From Methanotrichaceae archaeon (GTDB lineage Archaea > Halobacteriota > Methanosarcinia > Methanotrichales > Methanotrichaceae), in assembly GCA_963813075.1 (NCBI GenBank), contig CAWEXU010000004.1, positions 224,001-288,000 on the forward strand: a DNA stretch of 64,000 nucleotides. The letters run 5' to 3'. Made by a program: the position numbers and the translations under genes. Positions 61,809 through 64,000 of this stretch are shown piece after piece. Each line of letters begins with the position of its first letter. Within the stretch, counting starts at the first letter, position 1. The notes beneath the pieces are model-generated. The model saw only the letters and a list, made by a program, of their open reading frames with translations. It ran no database searches and was not told where the DNA came from.

Positions 61809-62657
61809 TCATCCTTGACGACGGGCTCGCTATCGGTCCCCTCTTCTGTAAGGGGCTCGCTTTCTGGTGCGCTCTCGTCTACGGGAATGGGCGCTTCTTC
61901 CAGGGGTTCTGGCTTGACCTCTGCCGTCTCGGGCTCCGATTCCAGGAGCTGATCCAGGTCGCTCTTCTTCTCCTCCGCGGGTGCAGGTGCAGGAGCGGGG
62001 GCAGGAGCAGGGCGCGGCGGATGGTGTCGGTTCCGCTGCTGGTGCTGGTGCTGCTGGTGCAGCTGGAGCCTCAATCCGGAAGTCGTCAGGCAGCCGGACA
62101 TCCGGTGGGATGATCCTAACCTGGCAGCCGATGACTCCCAGCTTCTTTACCGCCACAGAGTAGCCTCTATCCACGAGGTCGATGGCCGGCTTGCCGGAAT
62201 GCTTGATGTAGCCGGAGATGAATTTCTCTGTTCGGGATCTGGGACCTGTTAGCTTTCCGCTGATCACTATCTCACAGCCTAAAGCCCCGGCGTCCATCAC
62301 CCTTCGCATCATGGACTGGCCTGCCTTCCGGAAGTACCATCCCCGTTCCAGGGATGATGCCAGACGGTTAGCCACCACTCTGCCGTTGAGGTCGCCCCGG
62401 CCCACATCCTGCACATCGATCTGGGGATTGTCCAGGTGGAACCTGCGGTCCAGGTCGCGGGTGATCTTGCGGATCAATTTTCCCCCTTTGCCTATGACCA
62501 TTCCCGGCTTTTCCGCATAGACGGTGATCTGGGTGCCCATGGGAGTACGGTTCATCTGCATGCCGCCGTATCCTGCTCTCTCCAGCTCATCAGCCAGATA
62601 CTCATTGACCAGGGCCTTGGTTATGCCCTCAGCCACGAACTTCTTCTCGACGGACAT
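61805..62657 (-). CDS. rps3: 30S ribosomal protein uS3 with Pro/Ala + acidic tail, frameshift near 62010-62022
   Basis: [44 protein letters not shown] tail in the second frame. Confidence 0.95.
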
Positions 62658-63124
62658 CAGCTCTTCACCTCGGTCAGGACCATCTCCACGGTCACCGTCT
62701 GGGTGTTCTTGGGGGTGGCTCTTCCCATGGCCCGGGGCATCCATCCCTGGATGGTCCTGCCCTTGAGAGTCCCGGCATGAAAGATCCTCAGTTTCTCGGA
62801 CTCCATGCCTTTGTACTCGCCATTGGCGATGGCATTGTCCAGGACCTTCAGGACCTCTTTTGCTGCCTTTTCGGGAAATCGTCCCGCATCCCAGCCTACC
62901 AGGCCATGCCTGTGGGCCACATTCCTGCTGTAGCGCTTGAAGGGGACCGCTTTCTTCAAAGCGATCACATCTTCCAGATAATCACGGGCACGGTTAGCCC
63001 GCATGCCTCTTAGCGTCCTGCAGATCTCACGGGCATGCTTAGGTGAGATGTGAAGCTCCATCCCCATGGCCCTTGATGAGCGTCCTGCAGGCGTAAGCGA
63101 ATAGTTCAATCTGCCCAATCTCAC
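62657..63124 (-). CDS. rpl22: 50S ribosomal protein uL22
   Basis: [32 protein letters not shown]. Confidence 0.97.
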   Translation of the reverse strand: MRLGRLNYSLTPAGRSSRAMGMELHISPKHAREICRTLRGMRANRARDYLEDVIALKKAVPFKRYSRNVAHRHGLVGWDAGRFPEKAAKEVLKVLDNAIANGEYKGMESEKLRIFHAGTLKGRTIQGWMPRAMGRATPKNTQTVTVEMVLTEVKS

Positions 63125-63127
63125 ACC

Positions 63128-63547
63128 TCACTTCAGCGGCACGTACTTGCTTGATCTGGTAGCGCCCACACCTGCGGCTCCGTGCTGGACGCGACCTCGC
63201 GTCAGAGCGAACTCGCCGAAGAAGTGCCCGATCATCTCGGGCATGACCTCTACCTTCTCAAAGCTCTTGCCGTTATAGATCTCGATGTTCTTGCCCACCA
63301 TATCCGGCAGAATTATCATGTTCCGGATGTGGGTTCGAACTGAGTCTTTGTTCTTCAGGTTCGCCAGAAGATTCTTGTTCTCCTTGGCAAGACCTCTCTT
63401 GATTGATCTTCGCTGCCGCGCTGGGAACAACCCGGCAAGCTCCTCTATGCTTAACTTGGCGAGGTCGGCCATCTTCCGGCCCCGATACAAGAACTCTTCC
63501 TTCCTCTTTGGAAGCTTGGATCCTGCTTTTTTAGCCAAAATAATCAC
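63128..63547 (-). CDS. rps19p: 30S ribosomal protein uS19
   Basis: FLYRG, PARQRRS, RTHIRNM, MIGHFFGEF. Confidence 0.97.
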   Translation of the reverse strand: MIILAKKAGSKLPKRKEEFLYRGRKMADLAKLSIEELAGLFPARQRRSIKRGLAKENKNLLANLKNKDSVRTHIRNMIILPDMVGKNIEIYNGKSFEKVEVMPEMIGHFFGEFALTRGRVQHGAAGVGATRSSKYVPLK

Positions 63548-64000
63548 CTAGCGCTTACCGGTTCTCCGTGCGGCGATCGAGCCCACCTTTCGGCCGGGGG
63601 ATGTATTCCTGCTGACCGTCTTCGGCCTGCCGGGATGCTGACGGCCACCGCCACCGAAGGGATGGTCCACAGCGTTCATAGCTACCCCTCTGACCACCGG
63701 CCAGTTCTTGGGCTTGGAGCGGTACTTGAAGAAGCTTTTTCCTGCCTTGACCAGGGGCTTGTCCAGACGGCCGCCTCCGGCAACCACACCAATGGTGGCC
63801 ATGCACTTCGGGCTGAGCCATTTCATCTCACCGCTGGGGAGCTGGACCACCGTTTGGCTGCCATCGTGAGCTACGAGTATGGCACAGACTCCCGATGAAC
63901 GGGCGAACTGGCCGCCGTGACCTGGCTGCGACTCGACGTTGCAGATAGGTATGCCTTCAGGTATATCCGATAGGGGGAGAGTGTTTCCCGGCTCGATTGG
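63548..64000 (-). CDS. rpl2: 50S ribosomal protein uL2 (5' end outside window)
   Basis: GNTLPL, RSSG, LPSG, VRGVAMNAVDHPFGGG; open frame to the window edge. Confidence 0.97.
   Translation of the reverse strand, partial: PIEPGNTLPLSDIPEGIPICNVESQPGHGGQFARSSGVCAILVAHDGSQTVVQLPSGEMKWLSPKCMATIGVVAGGGRLDKPLVKAGKSFFKYRSKPKNWPVVRGVAMNAVDHPFGGGGRQHPGRPKTVSRNTSPGRKVGSIAARRTGKR

Noticed and set aside
59529..62657. Programmed frameshifting or pseudogenised ribosomal proteins
   Set aside because: Scattered indels of both signs without shared slippery motifs; assembly error is more parsimonious

Overview
Chromosomal window from a methanogenic euryarchaeon, most likely Methanothrix (Methanosaeta) or a close relative. 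This is inferred from gene order, the DUF1699 gene, secreted TPR proteins and TATA/BRE promoters; no search was run. Layout: a low-GC glycosylation cluster (1-6219); the S19e-to-ftsY translation operon; transporters and a USP; pyrBI; aromatic, purine and isoprenoid genes; pycB-argB; an Fe/redox block (IscU, cytochrome b561-like, OFOR alpha/beta, rubredoxin, ferritin); an accessory block (36.5-45.7 kb); purB; a wHTH + nucleotidyltransferase islet abutting an intron-containing tRNA-Ser(GGA); and the spc/S10 ribosomal protein superoperon. Most notable: an operon of a bacterial-type tRNA-guanine transglycosylase (GGSLG pocket) and a YhhQ/VUT transporter, i.e. a candidate queuine/queuosine salvage system in an archaeon. 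Also notable: a pilin/WxL-like subunit plus chaperone-like partner, a toxin-antitoxin-like islet with a Schlafen/AlbA_2-like relic, an unannotated 36-aa membrane microprotein and a Tyr-rich secreted protein. Single-base frameshifts in essential genes (eS4, uL24, uS3) point to assembly indel errors, so split genes here should not be read as pseudogenes without checking reads.
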